NCBI GenBank assembly: GCA_026390935.1
Contig: JAPLEZ010000152.1
Location: 1,293 to 65,292 of the forward strand
DNA from: Bacteroidota bacterium
GTDB taxonomy: Bacteria; Bacteroidota; Bacteroidia; Flavobacteriales_C; GCA-002722245
Direction: 5' to 3'
Length of the DNA stretch: 64,000 nucleotides
Shown one piece after another: positions 38,349-48,095 of the stretch. How positions within the stretch are numbered: position 1 is the stretch's first letter; every line of letters begins with the position of its first letter. The notes under the pieces were generated by a model. The model ran no database searches and was not told the DNA's origin. It worked only from the letters and a program-made list of their open reading frames with translations. Both the position numbers and the translations under genes were made by a program.

Positions 38349-39024
38349 TTTTTAAAATTTTAATGTCTTTAATTAATTGGTTGACTTCGTTGGAATCGGT
38401 TCCAGAATAAAATCCGCGGATTCTGCTATGCTGGTCGATTAGCACCAGTTTGTCGCTGTGAAGAAAATCGATAGTATCATTGCGGTATTCAGGTTCAACG
38501 AGCAAAAATCCTTTTTGTCCGAGGCGGTAAATTTTTTGTTTTTCTCCGGTGCAGAAGCTCCATTGCTGGGGATTTGCGCCATTTTTTTCAGCGTAGCTTT
38601 TTAAAACTTCACTTTTGTCTTTGTCGGGATCAACAGTAAAAGAAATGATTTTTAGTGTTGTGTCTCCTTCAAATTCTTTTTGCACTCGGGTGAGTTGTTT
38701 GGTCATTAACGGACAAATACTCGGACAAGTAGTAAAGAAGAAATCGGCCACGTAAATTTTGCCATGGAAAGAGATGCTGTTTACAATTTGATTTTCTTGA
38801 TTGACAAATGAAAAATCAGGAATCGTATGGTAAATGGTGTCTCCGGTGATAGAATCAAAATCAGGTTCTCCTAATATGGGAGGATAGATTCCTGTGTTTT
38901 CATAGGAGATTTGAGGATTTTCATCTTTTGCTTGTGGTTGACAGCCAAGCAATAAAAACGCAAAAAGTAAAGCGCATAACTTTAAACTTTGAACTTTAAA
39001 CTTTGAACTTTTACCGTTGTTCAA
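38335..39024 (-). CDS. SCO family copper chaperone lipoprotein
   Basis: FFFTTCPSICP, SFTVDP..D, HSDKLVLID, LLLGC lipobox. Start is uncertain (TTG 39024 or upstream). Confidence 0.9.
   Translation of the reverse strand: MNNGKSSKFKVQSLKLCALLFAFLLLGCQPQAKDENPQISYENTGIYPPILGEPDFDSITGDTIYHTIPDFSFVNQENQIVNSISFHGKIYVADFFFTTCPSICPLMTKQLTRVQKEFEGDTTLKIISFTVDPDKDKSEVLKSYAEKNGANPQQWSFCTGEKQKIYRLGQKGFLLVEPEYRNDTIDFLHSDKLVLIDQHSRIRGFYSGTDSNEVNQLIKDIKILKNAAK
38978..39012. repeat. Heptamer tandem array (AACTTTR)x5
   Basis: AACTTTA AACTTTG AACTTTA AACTTTG AACTTTT. Confidence 0.85.
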
Positions 39025-39691
39025 TTGTTTTTTTAACCGCAGCATATTCGTTGTTTAAGCGCTTGAGTCGACCAGTAATTTCTTTTGCGTCCTTCAAACC
39101 GGTAAAAGGAAACATGGCGCGAATTCGTCGTTGTCGGTCGATAATCACGTACGGAGGAAAATATACATTTGTGTAATATTTCCTCAGTGTAGTATCCAAT
39201 TCGGCTTCTGATAGTTTGAAATCATTGTACAGTTTATTCCATTGTGAATGCGGAACTTTAAAGGTTTGCCACAGCGGCTGTGCTGCAATAAAATCTTTGG
39301 GACTAGCCGTTGGCCAAGTTAATTTTCCTGTTGAATCTTCTTCAAAAAATGAAGCTATACGCGCCCCTTTGTGTGCTACTAAAATTCGCTCTATGTAGAG
39401 TAGATGTTTGTCCCAGCGGTCTTTCAATGAGTCGGGAAAAAACGTGATAACGTAGGTGGTTGAATCCGACATGGATTGCAGTGAATCATTGAATGCACTT
39501 GGGAATTTTTCAAGCGGAGCCGAATAGTAGCCTTTGGTTTTTTCGCCATTGGCGTCAGTTACTTCTTCTTGGTAATACTTAGGCAATTGGCCCATGCCCT
39601 TGCCATAAAAAATGAGTGCCATTGCAATTAAGAATGGCACTACAAATAATCCGATAAATAAAATTCTTTTTTTGGAGCCTGAAATTTCCAT
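39011..39691 (-). CDS. Hypothetical membrane-anchored protein (degenerate SCO-like) in the cox cluster
   Basis: Likely start MEISGSKK (39691, overlapping the coxIV stop); N-terminal TM; VIIDRQRRIR resembles an SCO C-terminus, but no CxxxC. Confidence 0.6.
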   Translation of the reverse strand: MEISGSKKRILFIGLFVVPFLIAMALIFYGKGMGQLPKYYQEEVTDANGEKTKGYYSAPLEKFPSAFNDSLQSMSDSTTYVITFFPDSLKDRWDKHLLYIERILVAHKGARIASFFEEDSTGKLTWPTASPKDFIAAQPLWQTFKVPHSQWNKLYNDFKLSEAELDTTLRKYYTNVYFPPYVIIDRQRRIRAMFPFTGLKDAKEITGRLKRLNNEYAAVKKTIEQR

Positions 39692-40068
39692 TACAATGTC
39701 ATCCCGTGTCCAACAGCAACTGCTTCGTACAAAGCAATAAATATCAGATACAAAAGGAACATGATATAAGGTGCAAGAATCATCCATTTAAAGTGTTTGC
39801 GCTCTTCGCCCAAATGCATGAACACCAATACAATGTATCCGGCTTTAATTAAAGTAAGAGCAATGTATCCAATTTTGATGCTGGTCCAAAGTCCAGGATT
39901 AGCAAACTCATTCGCAGAGCGAGAGATAAACACACCTACAACAACTTCCACTATCGTTATGATAGATAAAAGCGCAGTAACGAAATAAATTTTCTTTCTG
40001 ATTTTTACACCTTCCTCTGCAGAGTGGTGAGCGTGTAACGAATATTCTATAATGTCATCTCTTTCCAT
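39691..40068 (-). CDS. Cytochrome c oxidase subunit IV family protein
   Basis: LLSIITIVEV, KAGYIVLVFMHL. Confidence 0.88.
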   Translation of the reverse strand: MERDDIIEYSLHAHHSAEEGVKIRKKIYFVTALLSIITIVEVVVGVFISRSANEFANPGLWTSIKIGYIALTLIKAGYIVLVFMHLGEERKHFKWMILAPYIMFLLYLIFIALYEAVAVGHGMTL

Positions 40069-40076
40069 AAATCTTA

Positions 40077-40110
40077 TGTTTAAAGTTGAATGTTAAAAGT
40101 TCAATGTTTT
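40077..40110. repeat. Heptamer tandem array
   Basis: mRNA sense AACATTG AACTTTT AACATTC AACTTTA AACAT. Confidence 0.7.
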
Positions 40111-40112
40111 AA

Positions 40113-40862
40113 TTATACGAGGTAGTAGAAGGTAAATACGAATACCCAAACCAAGTCGATAAAGTGCCAGTACAAACCAACTTTCTCTACCATTTCGTAG
40201 TGACCGCGTTTTTCGTAAGTACCACCCAAAACATTCATTAATATAATGAAGTTGAATAGAACTCCCGTGAATACGTGGAATCCGTGGAAACCTGTAATGA
40301 AGAAGAAGAACATTGCATAAGCATGCGGACCTTCTTGTCCTAATTTAGCAGCTCCGTCAACCATTTCACCGGTTGGCAAAAAGAAATTTTGTTTTAAAGT
40401 GGCGTTATCTGCCCATGTGGTAATATCACCATCTGGTCCAGCGATGAAAGTGCTCCACTCCCAAACCTGAGAACCTAAGAAGATCAAACCACCTACAACG
40501 GTTAATGCTAACCAGAAGGCCACTTTCTTTTTGTCCATTCGGTGACCGGCCTCAACAGCCAACACCATGGTAACAGAAGAAATGATTAAGATAAAAGTCA
40601 TGAACGCTACATAGAGTAGCGGAAGATGTGCGTGTGTAAATGGAAAGTGGGTGAAAACCTGTTCCGACGATGGCCAGAACTCACCGGCTGTAACGGCAGC
40701 GTGACGTGCAAATCCAAGTGCAACCAACAACCCACCAAAGGTAAGGGCATCGGAAACGAGGAAGATCCACATCATCATTTTTCCGTAACTGATGCTGAAA
40801 GGGGATACTTTACCTCCCCAGAGAACTTTGCTTTCAATAGTTTTTGATGCTTCTCCTGACAT
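40113..40862 (-). CDS. Cytochrome c oxidase subunit III
   Basis: MMWIFLVSD, ITGFHGFHV, GLYWHFIDLVWVFVF. Confidence 0.92.
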   Translation of the reverse strand: MSGEASKTIESKVLWGGKVSPFSISYGKMMMWIFLVSDALTFGGLLVALGFARHAAVTAGEFWPSSEQVFTHFPFTHAHLPLLYVAFMTFILIISSVTMVLAVEAGHRMDKKKVAFWLALTVVGGLIFLGSQVWEWSTFIAGPDGDITTWADNATLKQNFFLPTGEMVDGAAKLGQEGPHAYAMFFFFITGFHGFHVFTGVLFNFIILMNVLGGTYEKRGHYEMVEKVGLYWHFIDLVWVFVFTFYYLV

Positions 40863-40871
40863 AACTAAGAT

Positions 40872-41597
40872 TTAAAAAAATGTTAAAAATGCGAACAAAT
40901 ATAACCACAAAAAATCTAAAAAATGCCAATAAATCGAACTTACTTGCATCCCTAAATAATTTTCTGGAGTGTACTTTCCACGTAACGTCTTGATAAACAC
41001 GAACAAAAGAGAAAGTAGACCCCCAATTAAATGTACAATATGAATTCCTGTTAAGGCAAAAATGTAGGAAGCAGTGCGATTTACTTTTTCAAAATCTAAG
41101 TTTTCAATCGGTTTTAAATAGCCCGCATCAATGGGGTCGTAAAATAAACCACCTCTTTCTGTAAGCTCAATGTCGTTTTTTACCAACACGTAATCCTTGC
41201 CGTACTCCCCTTTTTCAATCACTGTAGATACTTTTCCGTTGGAAAAGAAAGATCCTTTTTCGTTCAATTGATCAAAGCCTTTTTTCTGATAAATAATGAA
41301 AAGCACACCAAGCACTAAGGTTAATCCGATAAGTCCTTTAGCAGCTGCAAGTTTATTTTTGGCCACGCATCGCTGTCCTAAATAAAAGGTAATACTACTT
41401 AAAACAATGATGACCGAACTGATCATAAATTCATCGGGCAGAATTATTTTAATCCAAATGTTATCAGCTTTTGAAACGATATAACCGCTGCTAAATCCTG
41501 CAAAGAGCATGATGATAGAAGCAATGGCAATCCACATCAAAGGTTTGTACACCTTTTTGTTAATTTCTTCGCGTTCGCTTTTGGAGATTCTGGCCAT
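40872..41597 (-). CDS. Heme-copper oxidase subunit III paralogue
   Basis: IIMLFAGFSS, TGIHIVHL, YWHFLDFLW. Confidence 0.88.
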   Translation of the reverse strand: MARISKSEREEINKKVYKPLMWIAIASIIMLFAGFSSGYIVSKADNIWIKIILPDEFMISSVIIVLSSITFYLGQRCVAKNKLAAAKGLIGLTLVLGVLFIIYQKKGFDQLNEKGSFFSNGKVSTVIEKGEYGKDYVLVKNDIELTERGGLFYDPIDAGYLKPIENLDFEKVNRTASYIFALTGIHIVHLIGGLLSLLFVFIKTLRGKYTPENYLGMQVSSIYWHFLDFLWLYLFAFLTFF

Positions 41598-42511
41598 TAT
41601 TTTAGGTAATAATCAATGAGTAGAGCAAGTTGAACAATTGGTAAATAAAGGAAAGAGCCAAACATGAGTTTGGTTGCTGACGCGATATCTAACTTTGTAT
41701 ATAAGGTGTAAGCCTGATACGCAAAAACACTTCCGGCTATGATGGCAACCACAGTGTAAAACATCCCTGACAGAAGGAAAGCACCAGGCAATAAGCTCAC
41801 AGGAATTAGGAAAAGAGAATAGAGTAAAATTTGAAAAGCACTGGCTTTGTCTCGTCCGCCAGGAGATGGCAGCATTTTAAATCCGGCCTTTGTATAGTCT
41901 TCATGCAATCTCCAGGCGATGGCCCAAAAGTGAGGAAATTGCCACATGAACTGCACTGCAAATACCGATAAGCCAAAGAAATTAATTTCATTGGCATAAG
42001 CTACCCATCCGATGAGTGGAGGCAAAGCACCTGGAAATGCTCCAACAAAAACTGCGAAAGGTGTTTTTCTTTTCATTGGCGTGTACACCAATGCATATAG
42101 TATTAAAGCGATGAGTCCAAGTAAACCGGTGAGCGGATTTAAATAGTAGCCCAAAATGAATACGCCACCGATGCCCATAATTGAAGCCAATATAATTCCT
42201 TCGGTAACGCTCATTTTATTTTGTGGAAGCGGACGGTTCATGGTGCGACTCATCAGCTTATCAAGATCTTTTTCAATCACTTGATTGTAGCCGTTAGACG
42301 CAGCAGTTACTAAAAATCCGCCTAGCGTAAGCCATAAAATTTGCATTCCTGTGTAATCCCCACCACCAGTTTTTACGGCTACTATAAAAGTGATCACCGC
42401 TGAAAACACCACTAAGGATGCGAGACGGAACTTAGAAAACTGAACGTACGAGGAAATCTTAGACAGTATTAGCGGAGAAGAAGATTGTATGTGGGCTTTT
42501 TCGGCTAACAA
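41597..42511 (-). CDS. cyoE: Protoheme IX farnesyltransferase (heme o synthase)
   Basis: NQVIEKDLDKLMSRTMNRPLP, YTPMKR, GALPPLIGW, WQFPHFWAI, DY..AG. Confidence 0.95.
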   Translation of the reverse strand: MLAEKAHIQSSSPLILSKISSYVQFSKFRLASLVVFSAVITFIVAVKTGGGDYTGMQILWLTLGGFLVTAASNGYNQVIEKDLDKLMSRTMNRPLPQNKMSVTEGIILASIMGIGGVFILGYYLNPLTGLLGLIALILYALVYTPMKRKTPFAVFVGAFPGALPPLIGWVAYANEINFFGLSVFAVQFMWQFPHFWAIAWRLHEDYTKAGFKMLPSPGGRDKASAFQILLYSLFLIPVSLLPGAFLLSGMFYTVVAIIAGSVFAYQAYTLYTKLDIASATKLMFGSFLYLPIVQLALLIDYYLK

Positions 42512-42581
42512 GGTTGTACAGTTTTGACAAAAGTATTAATTAATTGTTTAGACTTTCGTTTTTTAACGATTGCCCTTGTTT

Positions 42582-44543
42582 TTATTTTTTTGAGGTCACC
42601 TTTTTGGGTTTTATGGCCTCTTCTTTTTTAATGGGTTGAGCTTCTTCAACTGCTTGCTCATAGTCTGAATGCGGTGCTGATACATCATATGTTCCGTCTT
42701 CTTTTAAATACAGTTCGTCAGGTTCACCCACAGGACCAGTGGTTGAGTCCAATGCATATGCGCTGTCAACTGCCACTGATTCGTAATCATAGTCGTTGTA
42801 AGAGTAACGATTTTTCTGTTCCAGGTAATACTGATTCATGCATTCTGTAAGGAAAGGCAGTACATTTGATTTGTCGCTGGTTTTATATTTCAAAGTTGTA
42901 GAGACACCAAACCAGGAAAAGCTTTGTTCGAAATGCAGTTTTCCCGCAGCTGACCTAAGCAATTTGTTGCTGCTGATAAGCGCGACTTCATCTAAACTAT
43001 CGGCGAGGGATTTCATTAATTTGTCGGCAGAAAAATCAAGGTACATGGTTTTGCCCTTGTAATTTTTTTTCGCTTTAGCGTTCAATTTTTTATCATAACC
43101 TTTATTCGGAATGACGTTGTATATGAAGCTGCTGTCGTTGGAAACAAAGAAAAGTTTATCAGTAATTTGAATGTACAATGCGCCGCCAATTTGATTTAAA
43201 TCGTTGTCTCTAATCACATAAACGTCGTTCTCTTTTACGTATACTTTGGATAGGTCCAAACCAATATCCATTAATTTTTCCAATTGTTTCGGATTGCCTG
43301 TAGAACCGATCAATGAAAAGGAAGGGACTTTATATTCGTTGAATTTAGTGACTTCGGTGGAATTGTAATCTTCATCGTAATCATAGGTGGTGTAGGAGAT
43401 GTTTTTTTTGCTGATGTTGTTGAGGCTGAAAATCATATCACCACGAACCAATTCGCCAATCCCTTTTTCATCCATAAAAGTTTGGAGAAACGTAATCACT
43501 CCAACGCCATATCTTCCGTAGCGCGGGATTTTGCTGTAAACGTCAGCCAAAATATCAAAGGTAAAATTGATGTAAGCTTCAGTATTTATTTTTATTCCGG
43601 CCGATAGTAGTGCATCTTCAGGAACATAATTGAATATACCCGGGTTGTATTTGCGTTTGTAAACCTTAAGCAATTTTTTGCGCAGCTCTTTGCCCATTTT
43701 GCTTTTGGCTTTAATTACTAGTTCGTCGTTGTTGAAGTATATGCCGATGTTCACTTTGGAATCAAGAAAAGGAAGCGCATTGTTTACTGGTGAAAAAATA
43801 TTTAAGGCACCGTAATATCTGAATTTCGCAGTCATAGCATCTAAGTAGATATTGTAAAGCCCTTTCATGTCCATATATGTTGCGATTGCAGCGTCCTGGT
43901 ACATTTTCTTCAAATATTTTCTTTTTGCCACCAGAGTGTTTGCGTGAAAAATTTTGTGAATGGCATTGGCGTCTCTTTCGTTCAATTGCTTTTCTTGTAG
44001 CACTTTTTCAGCATCGGTTAAATCCCATGAATTTTGAGTTTCCATGCGCAATGACATTCGGGCACCAACTATAAAAAGCTCATTGTTCCATGCCATGTGC
44101 AAATCTTTGTAGATAAAGAGCTTGAAATCATTGGCTGCCGAGTAATATACAGTGCTGTCGCCAACTGGAAACAGGAGATTAATGTTTTTTTCAAGTTCAG
44201 TGATGTTATTGATTTGAAAGTAGATATTGCTTTGTATGAGTGAATCTTCCTGACTTACTACAATATGCATATCGCTGTTTAAAGAAAGTCCAAACTTTTC
44301 AATGTCGTTGATTATTCCTGTTAGCAAAGAATCTGCATCTTGCTGGCGATTGAAAGGCACTTCCTGCATAAAAGCTTGAAAAAAGGCATACTCTTTTAGG
44401 GAGTCCAGCGGCTGACTTTTAAAAATTGTTGGTAAGGCGAAACGCCCGTACAACAAAGGATTTTCAGGCAAATATTTAATGAGATCCTGAGCATTCAAAT
44501 TAATAGATGCCGAGAGCAGGAATAAGAATAATAGTTTTTTCAT
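42582..44543 (-). CDS. Hypothetical exported protein (DUF4836-like)
   Basis: Signal peptide MKKLLFLFLL; acidic YTTYDYDEDYN segment. Confidence 0.6.
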   Translation of the reverse strand: MKKLLFLFLLSASINLNAQDLIKYLPENPLLYGRFALPTIFKSQPLDSLKEYAFFQAFMQEVPFNRQQDADSLLTGIINDIEKFGLSLNSDMHIVVSQEDSLIQSNIYFQINNITELEKNINLLFPVGDSTVYYSAANDFKLFIYKDLHMAWNNELFIVGARMSLRMETQNSWDLTDAEKVLQEKQLNERDANAIHKIFHANTLVAKRKYLKKMYQDAAIATYMDMKGLYNIYLDAMTAKFRYYGALNIFSPVNNALPFLDSKVNIGIYFNNDELVIKAKSKMGKELRKKLLKVYKRKYNPGIFNYVPEDALLSAGIKINTEAYINFTFDILADVYSKIPRYGRYGVGVITFLQTFMDEKGIGELVRGDMIFSLNNISKKNISYTTYDYDEDYNSTEVTKFNEYKVPSFSLIGSTGNPKQLEKLMDIGLDLSKVYVKENDVYVIRDNDLNQIGGALYIQITDKLFFVSNDSSFIYNVIPNKGYDKKLNAKAKKNYKGKTMYLDFSADKLMKSLADSLDEVALISSNKLLRSAAGKLHFEQSFSWFGVSTTLKYKTSDKSNVLPFLTECMNQYYLEQKNRYSYNDYDYESVAVDSAYALDSTTGPVGEPDELYLKEDGTYDVSAPHSDYEQAVEEAQPIKKEEAIKPKKVTSKK

Positions 44544-44599
44544 TTGTAGTGTTTGTCTTTGATTTGCCAAAAGTAGAAGAGATTCCGTAAAGTTTGGAA

Positions 44600-45253
44600 T
44601 TATTTAAATATTATTTGAGTATTCAGGTAATTGGGATCATTCACAAGGTTTTCCAGTGAGGAGCTGACGAACATATTTTTTTTGTCTTTGGATAATTTGC
44701 AGTTTTTGTTGCTACAAGTATTGATTTCTTTAGGGAAATGAATGATGCTGGTGTATGTACTTTGTGTAAAAAGTGCAGCGTACTCTTTTTTCTTTTTGGC
44801 CATGTCTTTTGCAGTCGTTTGTAGTTTATCCTTACGGTTAAAGCTATTTCCGCTTTGTGAGAAGGGGAAAAAATCATTGGTAGTTTTTTTGTCGGAAGTG
44901 AGTATGGAGTGTGCTTCTTTGAAAGAGTTGAGGTTATCGAAATCAAATTTCACAGTGAAGATGAACGATACATAATCTCTGGTAATGAGCACATTTTTTA
45001 TTCCTTTATGGGCTTTGAGGAGGTTTTCTTTTCGTTGAATTTCCTTTTCTATTTCGGGTTTTTTGGGAACATGAGAACCAAAAACACTATCAAGTTTCAT
45101 GTATGAATTGATTTGAACTTTGCTGGCGCTCATGTTAATCGTGACTTTATAAGTCCCAGAGTAATTGGCCTGAAAGCGAATGTCCTCAATGATTTCAAAG
45201 CATGATGAAAGAAATAGTACTGCGAAGAAGCAAAGTATCAGTCGCATTTTCAA
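44600..45253 (-). CDS. Hypothetical lipoprotein
   Basis: Lipobox FLSSC-FEIIED. Confidence 0.7.
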   Translation of the reverse strand: MKMRLILCFFAVLFLSSCFEIIEDIRFQANYSGTYKVTINMSASKVQINSYMKLDSVFGSHVPKKPEIEKEIQRKENLLKAHKGIKNVLITRDYVSFIFTVKFDFDNLNSFKEAHSILTSDKKTTNDFFPFSQSGNSFNRKDKLQTTAKDMAKKKKEYAALFTQSTYTSIIHFPKEINTCSNKNCKLSKDKKNMFVSSSLENLVNDPNYLNTQIIFK

Positions 45254-46923
45254 AAGTCGTAATAGTAGTTATATAATGAGCTGCGTAATCCGAAATAGAG
45301 GTAACTTAAATCCGACGTCATTAGTGCATTAGATTGCTGGCGGGTCATCCAGCCGAGTTCAACACGAAGATTAGTTTTAGGATTTACCAAATACGCTACT
45401 TTGATATCGGTATATAATAAGGTATTTCGAAGACCTTGTCCGATTTGATGCCCGAAGTCACCATCTGTCCCCGAAATTTTAGCGCGATTGTAATTGTAAT
45501 TCAAGTTTACATTTTGTCCGAAATTTACATTTCCGCTGTCGGCGCCATAAACTGCATAGCTGATTCTTGATTCAATGAAAAATCGTTTGTGGTGATAATT
45601 TAAAAAGGCCAAACCTTCTACAAAATTGGCGCCCAGTGGATGTGCAAGAGGCATGTTGTAATGCGTGTATGTGCTTGATGAATACTGCGCTGTGGCCGAA
45701 TCACCGTAATGCGAGTAAGTATATGGCCGCACCATATTTCCTTCTACCTGCAAATTCAGGTTTTTGATTTTAAACAAATCAAAGGACTTCATTCCTAGTT
45801 GAAATCCGAATTTATTTCCCCACCATCCTGGTGCTTTTTTGAGCAATTGAAAGTTGAATTCATCTATCATCACCTGACCGTACAAGTAGCTTTTGTTGTT
45901 GAGTTTAAATTTGGAGGTGGCGCCCATCAAAACATTGTCGGAAGAGCCGTTGGCAAATTCCACTGGTCGGAGGAAAATTACCGGATTGAGGTATTGAAAC
46001 TCATACATTCGGTCATTGGACGCAGCAGAAACAATGGCTTCAAAAAAACTAAGGTTCCAGCGTTTGGTGACATTCCAGCTGAGATAATGGAAGTTGCCGT
46101 ATTTTTTTGGAAGCAGCGCATCCTGCTGTCCGCCAAAACCAATTTGCTGAAACTGCGTGAACAGATTGATGTATTCAATGTTCCAGAACTTGGTAGTAAT
46201 TTTTATAAAAGGATAATTGAAAGCATTGTCCGACAGCAATAAAGAGCGGTAACCATCGCCTATGAACAATTTGTCGTGACCGAACTGGAAGTTAAAATGT
46301 TTGTTCGGACTGTAAGAAATCAATCCGTTGGCACGATTGTAATCGTAGCCCACCGTATCCTTAAACAATTTTGCCCTTCCTTGTCCAGGTATCACTGCAT
46401 TGTTTGCATTTATAAAATCATTGACATAAGGAAGGAATTTACCTTGAGATTCCAGGAAAGAGGAAGAAAAGAAAAATTTCTTTCCAATCTGTCCTTCTAC
46501 CAAAAAACCTCTGGTATTGGTGAAGGTAGTAGATTTATTGTCGATGGTTTTTCCGTAAGCAAAATCAAACAAAGGATTTATGTTGATTTTAAAATCATCT
46601 TTTTTTCCAACGGAAATTAGGTCTTCATCATTGATTTTTCTTTCGGCCCATTTTAGTCCTTTGCTCCACCAAGTTGTTCCCAATAAGTACCAATGTTGCT
46701 CTCTGTTGAATTGACGGAAAACAGTATCGGTGCTCTCCTGAACAACCTGATAAATAAAGGGTCGGAAGGAGGTATGAACGTTTTGATCGAGTTTATTTAC
46801 ATCTTTTTCAATCAATTCATTCCATTGATGATTCAAAGGGAAGTTTACTGTTTGTGAAAAAGCAGAGGTGACAATGCTTAGCTGAAATACAATGAAAAAT
46901 AATTTGCTGTAGGTCGCTTTCAT
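45250..46923 (-). CDS. RemB/Wzi-like outer-membrane protein (polysaccharide-associated)
   Basis: FIGDGYRSLLLSD, YLNPVIF.RPVE, VRPYTYSH, LAHPLGANF; C-terminal Phe. Confidence 0.75.
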   Translation of the reverse strand: MKATYSKLFFIVFQLSIVTSAFSQTVNFPLNHQWNELIEKDVNKLDQNVHTSFRPFIYQVVQESTDTVFRQFNREQHWYLLGTTWWSKGLKWAERKINDEDLISVGKKDDFKININPLFDFAYGKTIDNKSTTFTNTRGFLVEGQIGKKFFFSSSFLESQGKFLPYVNDFINANNAVIPGQGRAKLFKDTVGYDYNRANGLISYSPNKHFNFQFGHDKLFIGDGYRSLLLSDNAFNYPFIKITTKFWNIEYINLFTQFQQIGFGGQQDALLPKKYGNFHYLSWNVTKRWNLSFFEAIVSAASNDRMYEFQYLNPVIFLRPVEFANGSSDNVLMGATSKFKLNNKSYLYGQVMIDEFNFQLLKKAPGWWGNKFGFQLGMKSFDLFKIKNLNLQVEGNMVRPYTYSHYGDSATAQYSSSTYTHYNMPLAHPLGANFVEGLAFLNYHHKRFFIESRISYAVYGADSGNVNFGQNVNLNYNYNRAKISGTDGDFGHQIGQGLRNTLLYTDIKVAYLVNPKTNLRVELGWMTRQQSNALMTSDLSYLYFGLRSSLYNYYYDF

Positions 46924-48014
46924 TAAACGGTATCCGAAATAGATTGTGCTGCCTTATTTTTTTTCAATATTAAAGAAGGGGTATATGCCAAAAAGCTGCA
47001 AATTCCTATTACTATCAATAGCATCCAAAGGCCGCCTACATTAAAATATTGCAGAGTGATTACTAGAGCGATGATGAATATATTACCCAACACGATGGTG
47101 ATAGAGGATTGAACGTGGGTTAAGCCCAAGTCGAGCAGTCGGTGATGAATATGATTTTGATCAGGGTGCAGCGGTGATTTGCCATCCATTAATCTTAAAG
47201 TAAATACTCTTAAGGTGTCAAACAATGGTGCTATCAATATTCCGAAAGCTACGATTGGCACAGAGTTGAACTGGTAAGTTAGAAATTCACCTTTCAGTCC
47301 TGCATTGATGTCGATGAACTTGATGGTTAAAACCCCAATTACTAAACCAGAGATTAGGGAACCGGTATCTCCCATGAAAATTTTGGCCGGACTAATGTTA
47401 TAGTACAAAAATGCCAGCAAGGCAGCCATGGTGGTGAAAGCCAGTATTGACCAGTCCATTTCATGACCAGATAAATAAAACCAGCAACCGAAAACAGCTA
47501 AAATTAAAATGCCTACCGAAGCGGCCAAGGTGTTGATGCCATCAATAAGGTTGAAACCATTCATGATCACCAGGATGGTGAATATTGAAAGGGCAATACT
47601 TAAGTACTCGTTGATCTCTTCGATGCCCATGAATCCGTAAAACCCATGCAATCTTACGTCGCCTAAAACCACTACTATGGTAACGGCTACAATCTGACCA
47701 AGCATTTTTTTCACTGGTGCAATCACGATGATGTCATCTTTCATGCCTATAAAAAACACGACTACAATGGCACAAGTGATGAATCTTCTTTCGGGAAAGA
47801 CAGCATTTGAAAAGAGGCATAAGGACACGATGAGTCCTGCAAATATGGCGAGTCCGCCTAAAGTGGGTATTCTTTGTGTATGAGATTTTCTTTCATCGGG
47901 TTCATCTAACAAGTGCTTTATTTTAGCAATATTGATGATAGATGGAATGGAAAAAAAACAAATGAGGAATGCCGTGAGACAAGACAATAATATTAACTCC
48001 GCGTTTGATAACAT
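46923..48014 (-). CDS. MraY/WecA family undecaprenyl-phosphate sugar-1-phosphate transferase
   Basis: DEPDERKSH..IPTLGG, GMKDD, NGFNLIDGIN, KIFMGDTGS, HIHHRL. Confidence 0.92.
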   Translation of the reverse strand: MLSNAELILLSCLTAFLICFFSIPSIINIAKIKHLLDEPDERKSHTQRIPTLGGLAIFAGLIVSLCLFSNAVFPERRFITCAIVVVFFIGMKDDIIVIAPVKKMLGQIVAVTIVVVLGDVRLHGFYGFMGIEEINEYLSIALSIFTILVIMNGFNLIDGINTLAASVGILILAVFGCWFYLSGHEMDWSILAFTTMAALLAFLYYNISPAKIFMGDTGSLISGLVIGVLTIKFIDINAGLKGEFLTYQFNSVPIVAFGILIAPLFDTLRVFTLRLMDGKSPLHPDQNHIHHRLLDLGLTHVQSSITIVLGNIFIIALVITLQYFNVGGLWMLLIVIGICSFLAYTPSLILKKNKAAQSISDTV

Positions 48015-48095
48015 TGATTCCGTTTAATGTTGCAAAAATATCAAAATAAAGATATGGTTTAAAAATAATGTGGAAACTACCCAAAAAAGGTAGGT

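Noticed and set aside
18703..40110. Heptamer arrays or REP doublets as CRISPR arrays
   Set aside because: There is no repeat-spacer periodicity with unique 30-40-nt spacers and no cas genes.
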